Below are positions 23,720 to 33,507 of a DNA stretch of 64,000 bases, piece after piece (the stretch's first letter is position 1; every line of letters begins with the position of its first letter). Source of the DNA: an uncultured Bacillota bacterium (GTDB taxonomy: Bacteria > Sysuimicrobiota > Sysuimicrobiia > Sysuimicrobiales > Segetimicrobiaceae); the NCBI GenBank assembly GCA_963804645.1, contig CAWDRG010000008.1:50253-114252 (forward strand), given 5' to 3'. The position numbers and the translations under genes were made by a program. The notes under the pieces were generated by a model that searched no databases, had not been told where the DNA came from, and worked only from the letters and a program-made list of their open reading frames with translations.

Positions 23720-24274
23720 CTAGCGCAGGACCTCCATCGTCACCTGGTCGTTTGTGAACACGCAGATCTCGCTCGCCAGCCGCAGCGACTCGCGCGCGAC
23801 CTCCTCGGCCCCGAGGGTCGAGTGGCGCAGCAGCGCGCGCGCCGCCGCGAGGGCGTAGGGGCCGCCGGACCCGATCGCGGCGACCCCGTCGTCGGGTTCG
23901 ACGATGTCGCCGCTCCCGGACAGCACGTAGAGATGTTCCCGATCGGCGACGACGAGCAGCGCCTCGAGGCGTCGCAGCGCGCGGTCGGTCCGCCAGTCCT
24001 TGGCCAGGGCGACGACCGCGCGGGGCAGGTGGCCGTGCGTCTCGGAGAGCTTGTCCTCGAGCCGCTCGAATAGGGTCAGACCGTCCGCGGCGGAGCCCGC
24101 GAATCCCAGCAACACGTGTTCGCCCACGCGGCGGATCTTGCGCGCACCGTGCTTGAGGACGGTGTTGCCGACGCTCACCTGGCCGTCGCCCGCGAGGGCC
24201 ACGACCCCGTCTCGCCGAACGGCCACGACCGTAGTCGAGCGGATGGCCGGCCTCGGCTCGCGCGGGGCGGTCAG
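23720..24274 (-). CDS. hslV: ATP-dependent protease peptidase subunit HslV
   Basis: [42 protein letters not shown]; apparent CTG start overlapping the topA stop. Confidence 0.96.
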   Translation of the reverse strand: MTAPREPRPAIRSTTVVAVRRDGVVALAGDGQVSVGNTVLKHGARKIRRVGEHVLLGFAGSAADGLTLFERLEDKLSETHGHLPRAVVALAKDWRTDRALRRLEALLVVADREHLYVLSGSGDIVEPDDGVAAIGSGGPYALAAARALLRHSTLGAEEVARESLRLASEICVFTNDQVTMEVLR

Positions 24275-26491
24275 GACGGGCTCCCCACCTGTTCCGGCTC
24301 CCGGGGCGCCGGCGCCTCTTTGTACGTACAGGCCTTGTTGCCGCAGACGACGGGCGGCGTCGTCCCGCGGCGCGCCCGCTTGGTCACAAGAATGTGGCCG
24401 CACTCGGGACAGGTCCGCCCGACCGGCCGGTCCCACGAGGTGAAGGTGCACGCCGGATAGTTCGCGCATCCATAGAAGATACGTCCCTTGCGCGTGCGGC
24501 GTTCCACCACCTCGCCCTGATCCAGCGGGCAGCGCACGCCGATCCCCACGGGCCGGGTGTAGGAGCACTCCGGATAGCCCGAGCAGGCGATGAACTCGCC
24601 GTACCGGCCCCGGCGCTTCACGAGCGGCCGGGTGCACCGGGGGCACGGCTCGCCGATCTCTTCGGGCACCATCTCGACTTCCTCGATGTTCTGCTCGGCC
24701 TGGCGCAGCACGGCCTCAAAGGGACCGTAGAACTCCCGGATCAGCCGGACCCAGTCCTCCGCGCCCTCTTCCACCCGATCCAGGTCTTCCTCCATATGGG
24801 CGGTGAACTCGACGTCGAGCACCCGCGGAAAATGCTCCACCAGGAGCGCGTTCGACCAGCACCCCGAGGTCCGTCGGATACAGGCGGCGGTCCTCCAGCT
24901 CGACATAGCCGCGGTGCTTGATCGTTTCGATGATCGGCGCGTACGTGCTCGGCCGGCCGATCCCGCGGTCCTCGAGCGCCCGCACCAGCGTCGCCTCCGT
25001 GTAGCGCGGAGGCGGCTGGGTAAAGTGCTGGGCCGGATCGAGGCCGAGCAGGCGCAGCCGTTCTCCGTCGTGCAGATCCGGCAGCCATCCCTCGGGCGTC
25101 TCCTCGTCGCCGTTGTCGCGGCCCTCGAGGTAGACGCGGAGAAACCCCTGGAACTTGACCCGCGACCCGGTCGCCCGGAACAGATACGGACCCGCCGCAA
25201 TGTCGACCGCCAGCGTATCCATGACCGCCGACGCCATCTGGCTCGCGACGAAGCGCTCCCAGATCAGCTTGTACACCTTGTACTGATCGGCCTTCAAGAA
25301 CGACTTGACCGACTCCGGCGTGCGCGTGACGGAGGTGGGGCGGATCGCCTCGTGCGCCCCCTGCGACCCGCGCCGGGACGTGTACTGTCGGGGCTGGTCC
25401 GGCACGTAGGCGTCGCCGTAGGTCGTCCCGATGAACACCTTGGCCTGCTGGCGGGCTTCGTCGGCCACGTGCACCGCGTCGGTGCGCATGTACGTGATCA
25501 ACCCAACCGTCCCCTCGGGGCCGACGTCGAGCCCTTCGTAGAGCTGCTGGGCGACGACCATCGTCCGCGCGGCCGAATAGCCGATTTTCCGGTTCGCGTC
25601 CTGCTGCAGGGTGCTGGTCGTGAACGGCGCGGCGGGATGCCGCTGCTGGTCGCGCCGCCGCACCTCGGTGACCGAGTACGGCACGCCGGACAGTTCCGCG
25701 AGGATCGCCTTCGCCTCCGCCTCGTTGGCGATCGTGATCTTTTCCCCGCCCTTCGTCGCCAGCCGTGCGACGAAGGGGGTGTCCGCGCCTTCCGGTGTCA
25801 GCCGGGCCTCGATCGACCAGTATTCCTGCGGCACGAACGCCTCGATCTCGCGCTCGCGCTCGCAGATCAGGCGCACCGCGACGGACTGGACGCGGCCGGC
25901 GCTCAAGCCGCCGCGCACCTTCCGCCACAGCAGCGGGCTCAGCTTGTAGCCGACGAGCCGGTCGAGGATGCGCCGGGCCTGCTGGGCGTTCACCAAGCTC
26001 GTATCGATGTCGCGCGGAGCCAGCAGCGCCCGCTTCACCGCGTCCTTGGTGACCTCATGAAATTCGATGCGCTTGATCTTGGGATTGACCTGGCCGAGGA
26101 TCATCGCGAGGTGCCAGGAGATCGCCTCGCCCTCCCGGTCCGGATCGGTCGCGAGGTACACGGCCGAGGCCTTCTTGGCGGCCGCCTTGAGCTCCTTGAT
26201 CACGGGCCCTTTGCCCTTCGGCACCACGTACTTGGGGGTGAACTCGTGCTCGACGTCGACGCCGAGCTGACTGCGCGGGAGATCCTTGACGTGCCCCATT
26301 GACGCCACGACGTCGTAGCGCCGGTCCAGGAGCTTCTTGAGCGTCCGCGCCTTCGTCGGCGACTCCACGACCACGAGGGACTTTCCTTTGGGAGTCCGTG
26401 CCTTGGTCGGCGGCTCCGCCACCCCGGGCGCCTTTGCCTTGGGGGTGCGCGGCTTCGCCGGCGCCTCTGCGATCACAAGTGATTTCGCCAC
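24271..26491 (-). CDS. topA: DNA topoisomerase I with C-terminal zinc ribbons; +1 frameshift at 24853
   Basis: [49 protein letters not shown]. The C-terminus NALLVEHF...CPRC...CPEC is in the adjacent frame. Confidence 0.96.
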
Positions 26492-26671
26492 TTCCCGCCT
26501 CCTGCGTCTGCTGGTACCACGTTGGCCGGGCCCGCGCGGGGTCCGCCCGGCTCGGCGCGGGACGACTCAGACTCTCGACACACCGTCGCCCGCGGCCAGC
26601 CACGAGAACGCAACGACGACCGAATCTATTCCAGCGCACGCTTCCGCTCGACTGAGCCCGAGCGATCATGG

Positions 26672-26702
26672 ATTCTATACCCCAAATGCCCTGGCTTGTC
26701 AA
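26672..26702 (-). promoter_or_regulatory. Possible promoter of topA-hslVU
   Basis: TTGACA, 17 nt, then TATAGAAT. Confidence 0.5.
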
Positions 26703-26844
26703 ATCACGGAGGTGCGCGGACCATCGCACGGCGTTAACAATTCGCGCGGCGCGCGCGACCATGATGCGCGGGCGAGGCGTATGCGGTGGCCCACTGAGAA
26801 GCGCCCGCGCGCGGGCCCGGGACTCGCGGGGCGAGCCGCTCTAC

Positions 26845-27789
26845 TTACGCGCGGTGCGCTCGCGCGGCTTCGGCGACGACGGGATTCTCGAGGCGCCCGA
26901 GCCCCTCGACCTCGGAGACCATGGTGTCGCCGGCCTTGAGGAAGAGCGGCGGCTTGCGCGCGAACCCGACCCCCGCGGGGGTCCCGGTCGCGATCAGATC
27001 GCCCGGCTCGAGCGTCAGGATCTCGGAGATCGCCGCGATCACCTTGGCAATCCCGAAGATGAAGTTGCGCGTGTTGCCGTCCTGCAGCAGACGGCCGTTC
27101 ACCGTCGTCGTCAGCCGCAGCGCCTCCGGATCCGGAACCTCGTCGGCGGTGACCAGCGCCGGCCCGACCGGCGTCGAGCGGTCAAATACCTTGCCGATCA
27201 GCCACTGGCCCGTGCGGAACTGATAGTCGCGCACGCTGACGTCGTTCAGGATCGTGTACCCCGCGACGTGCGCGTGCGCGTCGGCCTCGCGGATGTAGCG
27301 GCCTGGACGCCCGATCACGACCGCGAGCTCCACCTCGTAGTCGAGCTGCGGGCTCACGCGCGGCGCCACGATCGGCTGCCCCGCCCCGATCAAGCTCGAC
27401 GTGAACTTGGAGAAAAACACCGGGTACTCCGGGATCTTCATCCCGCTTTCCTCCGCGTGATCCCGGTAGTTGAGCCCGACGCAGATCACCTTCGGGGGCC
27501 GCGGGACGACCGGCAGCAGCGGGAGACCGGCCCGCGCCGTGCGCAGGCCGCGCACCGCCGCCCCGCGCGCAAACGCCACGGCGTCCTCGGCGCGCCGGCG
27601 CGCGTCGGGGCCCTCCGCCAGAAACGCGGTCGCATCCGGCGGCACCTCCAGCCGCGCCCGCACGCGGGCCCGGGGCACTCCCCGTGACGCGAGCAGCGCC
27701 GCGTAGGCGGCGTTGAGATCCACCACGAACTCTCCGTCGAGCTGACCGAGCCGCGCCCCATGCCCCGCATCGAACGTCACCAGCCGCAT
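26845..27789 (-). CDS. Fumarylacetoacetate hydrolase family protein
   Basis: KVICVGLNYRDH, DYEVELAVVIG, NDVSVRD, LEPGDLIATGTPAGVG. Confidence 0.93.
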   Translation of the reverse strand: MRLVTFDAGHGARLGQLDGEFVVDLNAAYAALLASRGVPRARVRARLEVPPDATAFLAEGPDARRRAEDAVAFARGAAVRGLRTARAGLPLLPVVPRPPKVICVGLNYRDHAEESGMKIPEYPVFFSKFTSSLIGAGQPIVAPRVSPQLDYEVELAVVIGRPGRYIREADAHAHVAGYTILNDVSVRDYQFRTGQWLIGKVFDRSTPVGPALVTADEVPDPEALRLTTTVNGRLLQDGNTRNFIFGIAKVIAAISEILTLEPGDLIATGTPAGVGFARKPPLFLKAGDTMVSEVEGLGRLENPVVAEAARAHRA

Positions 27790-27871
27790 CGATCATCCTC
27801 CTCCCGCGCGGGAGCCCGCCGTCGACGGCGGCTCCGGCGCCATCTCCCCCGAGTTTACTCGTCCGACGCCG

Positions 27872-28756
27872 CTAGCGCCGACGCCGCGGGTCGAGCGCAT
27901 CGCGCAACCAGTCCCCGGTCAGGTTCACGCCGAGCACGGTGAACGCGAGCGCCGCGCCGGGAAACGTGGTCAGCCACCACGCCATGGTCACGTAGTCGCG
28001 CTGCTCCCCGACCATGCTGCCCCAGCTCGGCGTCGGTAGTTGCACGCCGAATCCCAGGAAGCTGATCGTCGCTTCGGCGACCATCACCTGGGAGATCTGC
28101 GAGACGCTCGTGACCACGATCGACCCCGCGACGTTGGGCAGCACATGGCGCCAGATCACCTGGCGGCTCCGGGCGCCCGTCGCCACGGCCGCCTGGACGT
28201 ACTCGCGCCGCACCAGCGTCAGGATCTCGCCACGGACGACGCGCGCGTACATCGGCCAGCCCGCGAGCACCAGGCTCACGATCACGTTGCGGAGTCCGCT
28301 CCCGATCACGGCGTTGAGGGTCAGCGCGAGCAGCAGAAACGGGAAACTCAGCTGGACATCGGCGAGGCGCATCACCACCGCGTCGATCCAGCCGCCGAAG
28401 TAGCCGGACGCGAGTCCCAGCGCGCAGCCGATCGCGCCCGCGGCCAGCACCGCGACCACGCCGACGAACAGCGACACGCGGGCCGCGTAGACGATGCGCG
28501 ACAGCTGGTCCCGGCCGAGCTGGTCCGTCCCGAACGGATGCGCGGCGCTCGGCGGCTGGACGGCCACGGGAAAGTCCGGCAGTCCCGGCGCGTAGGGCGC
28601 GATGATCTGCGGCAGCGACGCGCAGAGCACCACGGCGACGACGATCGCCACGCCGAAGAGACCGCTCCGGCTTCGCGGCAGCGTGGCGAGTCCGCGCGCG
28701 ACCGGCGGCGCCGCCGCCGTGCCGCGGAGCGCCGCGGCGCCGACGTGCTCAGCCAT
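27872..28756 (-). CDS. Peptide/nickel ABC transporter permease (DppC/OppC type)
   Basis: HPFGTDQLGRD, EYVQAA..TGA, RHVLPN, SFLGFG...PSWG. Confidence 0.93.
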   Translation of the reverse strand: MAEHVGAAALRGTAAAPPVARGLATLPRSRSGLFGVAIVVAVVLCASLPQIIAPYAPGLPDFPVAVQPPSAAHPFGTDQLGRDQLSRIVYAARVSLFVGVVAVLAAGAIGCALGLASGYFGGWIDAVVMRLADVQLSFPFLLLALTLNAVIGSGLRNVIVSLVLAGWPMYARVVRGEILTLVRREYVQAAVATGARSRQVIWRHVLPNVAGSIVVTSVSQISQVMVAEATISFLGFGVQLPTPSWGSMVGEQRDYVTMAWWLTTFPGAALAFTVLGVNLTGDWLRDALDPRRRR

Positions 28757-29666
28757 AGCGGACCTGGGGGTTGAGCCACGCGTAGGCGGCGTCCACCAGG
28801 AAGTTCACGACCACGTAGGTTGTGGCCATGAGGAAGACGCCCACGATCACCACCGGCAGGTCCCGCCCCCGCAGCGCGAGGACGATGAACTGGCCGACGC
28901 CGGGCCACGAGAAGATCGTCTCGGTGACAACCGCGCCGCCGAGCAGCTGCCCCGCGCTGAGCCCAAAGACGGTCACGATCGGAATCGCCGCGTTCCGCAG
29001 CACGTGGTGGCGCAGCAGGACCGCCTCCCCGACGCCCTTCGCGCGCGCCGCCCGCACGTAATCCTGCCCCAGCGCCTCCAGCACCGACGAGCGGGTGATC
29101 CGCGCCATCTGCGCCCCGTAGAACGCGGTCAGCGTGAGCATCGGCAGAATCAGCTCGGCCCCGTGCCCGTACCCGCTCGCCGGGACCCAGTGCAGCCAGA
29201 CGGCGAAGATCTCGATGAGCATCAGCCCGAGCCAAAACGCGGGGGTGGCTTCGCCCAGCACCGTGAGCACGGTCGCGGCGGTGTCGATCGGGGATCCGCG
29301 CCGGGCGGCGGAGAGGATCCCGAGCGGCATCCAGAGGCCCGCGACCAGCAGCAGCGACGCCGCCGCGAGCTCCGCGGTCGCGGGCACGTGTGCCAGCACG
29401 AGCGGCAGCGCCGGCGCGCGGTAGCGGAAGGACGACCCAAAATCCGCGCGCACCGCGCCGCCGAGGAACAGCGCGTACTGCTTCCACAGCGGACGGTCGA
29501 GTCCGAGTTGATGGCGCGCGAACCCGGCGTTGCCGAACTGGTTGCCGAGCGGCACGAACGGAAGCACGGGATCGCCGTTGATGCGCACCAGGAAGAACGC
29601 GGCCGTCAGCGCGAGAAAGATCGCCGCCAGCGCCTGGTACGCCCGACCGACGAGGTACCGCGACAT
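28749..29666 (-). CDS. Peptide/nickel ABC transporter permease (DppB/OppB type)
   Basis: GLDRPLWKQY, DYVRAARAKG, HVLRNA, ETIFSWPGVG. Confidence 0.93.
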   Translation of the reverse strand: MSRYLVGRAYQALAAIFLALTAAFFLVRINGDPVLPFVPLGNQFGNAGFARHQLGLDRPLWKQYALFLGGAVRADFGSSFRYRAPALPLVLAHVPATAELAAASLLLVAGLWMPLGILSAARRGSPIDTAATVLTVLGEATPAFWLGLMLIEIFAVWLHWVPASGYGHGAELILPMLTLTAFYGAQMARITRSSVLEALGQDYVRAARAKGVGEAVLLRHHVLRNAAIPIVTVFGLSAGQLLGGAVVTETIFSWPGVGQFIVLALRGRDLPVVIVGVFLMATTYVVVNFLVDAAYAWLNPQVRYG

Positions 29667-29694
29667 CGATGGTCGAGTGCCCGGCGGCTCCGGG

Positions 29695-30894
29695 TCACGC
29701 CCCCCCGGACACCGTCTGGGATTCAAGATCCCGCGGGAACTTGGTCGTAATCTCCGGCCGGCCGCGCTTCACGATGACGGTGTCGTCGTGCCGAAACCCG
29801 CCCACGCCGTAGAGATAGATCCCAGGCTCGCAACTGAACACCTCGTTCTCGACGAGCGGGCGGACGTTGAACGCGATGTCGTCGGGGTACTCGTGCCCCG
29901 CGAGCCCGATGCCGTGGCCGGTCCGGTGCACGATCCGGTCACCGTAGCCGTGCCGCTCGAAGACCCGCTGCGCCGCCGCGTCGGCGTCCGCCATCGTCGC
30001 CCCGACGACAAACGCGGCCGATGCCGCTTCCTGGGCCTCGAACGCGGCCTGGAACGCGGCCGCCTGCTCCCGGCTCGGCGTACCGACGAAGAACGTCCGC
30101 TCGTTCTCGCACACGTACCCGTTGAGGCGCGGGATCACGATGTTGACGATGCCGTGGCCGCGCTCGACCACCTGCCCGTAGTTGCCGCTGATCCCGTGCG
30201 GGCACGCCGAGTTGGGCCCGGTGAGCCCGGCCACCCGGATCTCGACCTTGTAGTCCGGCCACCGCCGGACGGCTTCCCGGGCCATCTCGTGGGCCACCAG
30301 CGTGTCGATTTCGGCGAGCGGGCGGCCGGGCGCCAGATGCTCGCGGTACCGCGCCTGCCCCCAGTCGCTGAACTCGCCCCCCTGCCGGATCAGCTCCAGC
30401 TCCTCTTCATCCTTGACCTCGCGCATCGCGCGCAGGAACGCCGCCGCGGAGACGAGCTCCACACCCGGCAGGAGCGACGGCACGCCGCCGATCGGGCCGC
30501 CGGTCGCGTCGACGCCGAGCCGCCCGCGGCGGATCCCCTTGCGCCGCAGGAGGTCGGCCACCATCTGCGGCCACTGGGGCGTCAGATACGTCCGGTGCTG
30601 CAGGCGGGTGTGCTCCGCGTAAAAGTACACCTCCGGGATCCACATCGACCGGTGTTCGGTGGCGTAGCGCACGTGATTGGTGGACAGTTCGTGCATCACC
30701 AGGAACGGCTCCGCGTCCCTCGGCACAATCGCGGCCACCGGGCGCTCCCACGGCTGCACGTCGAGAAAATACCCGGAGACATACAGGAAATTTTCGGGGG
30801 TCAGCACGACGAGCGCGGCGAGCTCCGCGTCCTCAAGCTCGCGGTGAATGCGCGTCAGGCGATCCTGGTACACGCGCCGGCTGAGATACCCCAT
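29695..30894 (-). CDS. M24 (pita-bread fold) hydrolase, creatinase/Xaa-Pro peptidase family
   Basis: Creatinase-type N-domain, R.VKDEEE, HRTGHGIGL, EPGIY; first metal-ligand region altered (NIVIPRLNGYVCENERT). Confidence 0.88.
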   Translation of the reverse strand: MGYLSRRVYQDRLTRIHRELEDAELAALVVLTPENFLYVSGYFLDVQPWERPVAAIVPRDAEPFLVMHELSTNHVRYATEHRSMWIPEVYFYAEHTRLQHRTYLTPQWPQMVADLLRRKGIRRGRLGVDATGGPIGGVPSLLPGVELVSAAAFLRAMREVKDEEELELIRQGGEFSDWGQARYREHLAPGRPLAEIDTLVAHEMAREAVRRWPDYKVEIRVAGLTGPNSACPHGISGNYGQVVERGHGIVNIVIPRLNGYVCENERTFFVGTPSREQAAAFQAAFEAQEAASAAFVVGATMADADAAAQRVFERHGYGDRIVHRTGHGIGLAGHEYPDDIAFNVRPLVENEVFSCEPGIYLYGVGGFRHDDTVIVKRGRPEITTKFPRDLESQTVSGGA

Positions 30895-31035
30895 CAGTCA
30901 CCTCCGCATCGGCGCCGCCGGCCCGCGCTCGCACGTCGGGGACACCGCCGTCCAGAGGAGTTCCGCGCGCCCGCGGGCCGGTCCTCCGGCGCGCCCGCGG
31001 GAGGAGGTACCGGGGAGGCGACGAATGTGCTTAGC

Positions 31036-31554
31036 ATGAGCGCATCCAATGAGTACGTGCAGCAGTTTGACTACCTATGCAAGGCGCGGGAAAAGCTGTT
31101 CGGCTGGGTCCGCAGCCAGCCCGCCGAGGTGTACGACCGGGCGTTCCCCTTCGGCATGGGGTCGATCCGCGCGACGCTGGTCCACACCGCGAGTGCGCAG
31201 TGGAGTTACACGCAGCGGCTCAGCGGCAAGGATCCCGCGCCCGCGGACAATCCGTTTACGAAAGAGAAGCAGCCGGAGTTTGCGCCGTTCGCCGCGGCGT
31301 GGGACCGCCTGAACCCCGACACGCGCCGCGCGCTCGCGGGCCTCGGCGACCCCGGCCGGACGCTGGAGTGGGTGGGGCGGATGATGACCCCGCCGGCCCG
31401 GATGCGGGCCACCGCGGGCGGCGTCGCCTCGCAGCTCCTCTTCCACGAGGTCCATCACCGCGCACAGGTGATGGCGATGCTGCGCCAGGTGGGCGTGGCG
31501 GCCGAGAATCTCGACTACTCCGTGCTCATGTTCGAGCGCTCGCCGCTGACCTAA
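31036..31554 (+). CDS. DinB-family protein
   Basis: GSIRATLVH...W and HEVHHRAQV..MLRQ.G motifs. Confidence 0.88.
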   Translation: MSASNEYVQQFDYLCKAREKLFGWVRSQPAEVYDRAFPFGMGSIRATLVHTASAQWSYTQRLSGKDPAPADNPFTKEKQPEFAPFAAAWDRLNPDTRRALAGLGDPGRTLEWVGRMMTPPARMRATAGGVASQLLFHEVHHRAQVMAMLRQVGVAAENLDYSVLMFERSPLT

Positions 31555-31684
31555 CGGCGAGGCGCCGTCCGATCCACCGGCCGCGGATTCCCGCTCGGGA
31601 TCCGCGGCCGTGCGTTGTGCGTGACAGATCGCCCGCCCGCGGGGGGGAACCACACAAGGGAGATGCGTCTTCGGGAGGCGCACC

Positions 31685-32035
31685 GTGGAAGCGGACAGCC
31701 ACGCGAAGCAGGTCGTGGTGTCGTTCATCCAAGCGCTCAACGACGAGGCGTTTGAGACCGCGCGACAGTACCTCAGTGACGAGCGGTCGTTCGTCGGGGC
31801 GCTCGGCTCCAGGACCGGCGGCGACGTGTACATCCACGACATGCGGCGGATGCGGATCAAGTACGACGTCAGGAAGGTGTTCGTCGACGGCGCCGACGTG
31901 TGCCTCTTCTACGAGTGCACCCTGTCGGCGGTCACGGTCTTTGACTGCGGCTGGTATCACGTCGACGGAGGCCGCATCAGGACGATCAGAGTCGTGTTCG
32001 ACCCGCGCCCCATTCTCGCAGCGACCAAACACTGA
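31685..32035 (+). CDS. SnoaL/NTF2-like domain protein
   Basis: VVSFIQALN, VFVDGADVCLFY, GRIRTIRVVFDPRP; GGAGG RBS. Confidence 0.82.
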   Translation: MEADSHAKQVVVSFIQALNDEAFETARQYLSDERSFVGALGSRTGGDVYIHDMRRMRIKYDVRKVFVDGADVCLFYECTLSAVTVFDCGWYHVDGGRIRTIRVVFDPRPILAATKH

Positions 32036-32057
32036 CGCGGCTGCGCCGGCCGCGGGT

Positions 32058-32270
32058 CTATCGGGTGAGCTGTTCGGCTTCCTGCTCCAGCCACTCCTCG
32101 ACCGCGGCGCGCACGATCTCGTAGCTGACGCCCCGCCCCTGTCCGATGATCGGGCCGGACGGCGACCGCCGCGCGATCCACAACCAGCCACCGCCCCGCA
32201 CGCGGGCGTACGCGACGACCACCCGCACCGTCCCCTGCGGCGTCTCCCGTCTGATCAGCTCGTCGCGCAT
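32058..32270 (-). CDS. Small hypothetical protein (70 aa)
   Basis: Protein-like composition; starts 10 nt after the upstream small gene. Confidence 0.6.
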   Translation of the reverse strand: MRDELIRRETPQGTVRVVVAYARVRGGGWLWIARRSPSGPIIGQGRGVSYEIVRAAVEEWLEQEAEQLTR

Positions 32271-32280
32271 CGTTGTCCCG

Positions 32281-32502
32281 CTACGCCGAGCGCACGTGCG
32301 ATCGCTGCACGGGGTGCGTGATCTCCACGTGCGCCCCGAGGCTGTACAGGTACTGCATCACCTCGCGCGTGAACGCGGGGCTGCCCGGGATGGGATCGAT
32401 GCGGACGCGGCGCACGCGTCCGGACTCCACGTCTTCGATGGTGCGGATGAGCGAGATGGCGCCGTTCGACAGAAGCAGAGCGAGGATCTGCTCGCGGCTC
32501 AT
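32281..32502 (-). CDS. Small hypothetical protein (73 aa)
   Basis: GGAGG RBS before the ATG; protein-like composition. Confidence 0.65.
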   Translation of the reverse strand: MSREQILALLLSNGAISLIRTIEDVESGRVRRVRIDPIPGSPAFTREVMQYLYSLGAHVEITHPVQRSHVRSA

Positions 32503-32631
32503 ACGACCTCCGTTGCTGCGTCGAGTGCTGTGATGAATGCTGCGATCGCTGCGTCAATGCCGGCGTGCTCCGTGCCGCTCGCCTTCTCTTCTGCCCCCGG
32601 GCGGAAACTCCTCCTTCGGGCGTCCGCCCCC

Positions 32632-33504
32632 TTATTCGCCCCGCAGGCGGGGGTCGAGGGTGTCTCGCAGGCTGTCGCCGACCACGTTGAGCGCCACCAC
32701 CAGCGTCAGGATCGCGAGCCCCGGGAACGTCGCGATCCACCATTGGTCGAGGTAGTCCCGGCCGGCGGCGATCATCGAGCCCCACTCGGCAATCTGGGGC
32801 GGCGGGCCGAGCCCGAGGAAGCTGAGCGAGGCGAACGTGAGGATCGCCCGCCCGACGTCCAGCGTGCCGAGAATCACGATCGGCGAGATGATGTTGACCA
32901 GGATATGCCGCATGAACACCCGAACCGGCGAGGCGCCGAGCGCCCGCGCCGCTTCGACGTACTCGCGGTCGCGCGCGCTCAGCACGAGGCCGCGCGCGAA
33001 CCGCGCGTACGTCGGCCACCACGCGACCATGATCGCGATCACCGCGTTGCGGATGCCGGCGCCGAGCGCGGCGGAGATGATCATGGCGAGGATCACCGTG
33101 GGGAACGCGAGCATCAGGTCGGTCAGGCGCATCAGCGTCTCGTCGACCGCCCGCCCGGTCACGCCGGCCACGCTCCCGATCATCGTGCCGAGCACAACGG
33201 CGAGGCCGACCGCGGCGAGCCCGACCGGGATCGAGATGCGTGCGCCGTAGACCACACGGTTCAGGATGTCCCGCCCGAGCGGATCGGTCCCGAACCAGTG
33301 CGCCGAACTCGGCGGCGCGAGCCGCCCCGCGATGTCCTGGGCCAGCGGCGACCCGACCAGCACCGGCGCGAGGAGCGCGATCGCGATCCACGCCGCGACG
33401 ACCGCGCACGATGCGATCGCGAGCGGCGAGCGCACGAACGGCTTCGGTAGGGCCCGGAGCCAGCCGTGCCGGGGGGCGGGCAGCGCGGACGCGTCGGCGG
33501 CCAT
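32632..33504 (-). CDS. Peptide/nickel ABC permease (DppC type)
   Basis: HWFGTDPLGRD, EYVEAARALGA, SFLGLG...EWG. Confidence 0.94.
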   Translation of the reverse strand: MAADASALPAPRHGWLRALPKPFVRSPLAIASCAVVAAWIAIALLAPVLVGSPLAQDIAGRLAPPSSAHWFGTDPLGRDILNRVVYGARISIPVGLAAVGLAVVLGTMIGSVAGVTGRAVDETLMRLTDLMLAFPTVILAMIISAALGAGIRNAVIAIMVAWWPTYARFARGLVLSARDREYVEAARALGASPVRVFMRHILVNIISPIVILGTLDVGRAILTFASLSFLGLGPPPQIAEWGSMIAAGRDYLDQWWIATFPGLAILTLVVALNVVGDSLRDTLDPRLRGE

Positions 33505-33507
33505 CGG

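Noticed and set aside
23720..24646. 308-aa HslV with a long N-terminal extension
   Set aside because: The extension overlaps the topA zinc-ribbon region in another frame and is not protein-like.
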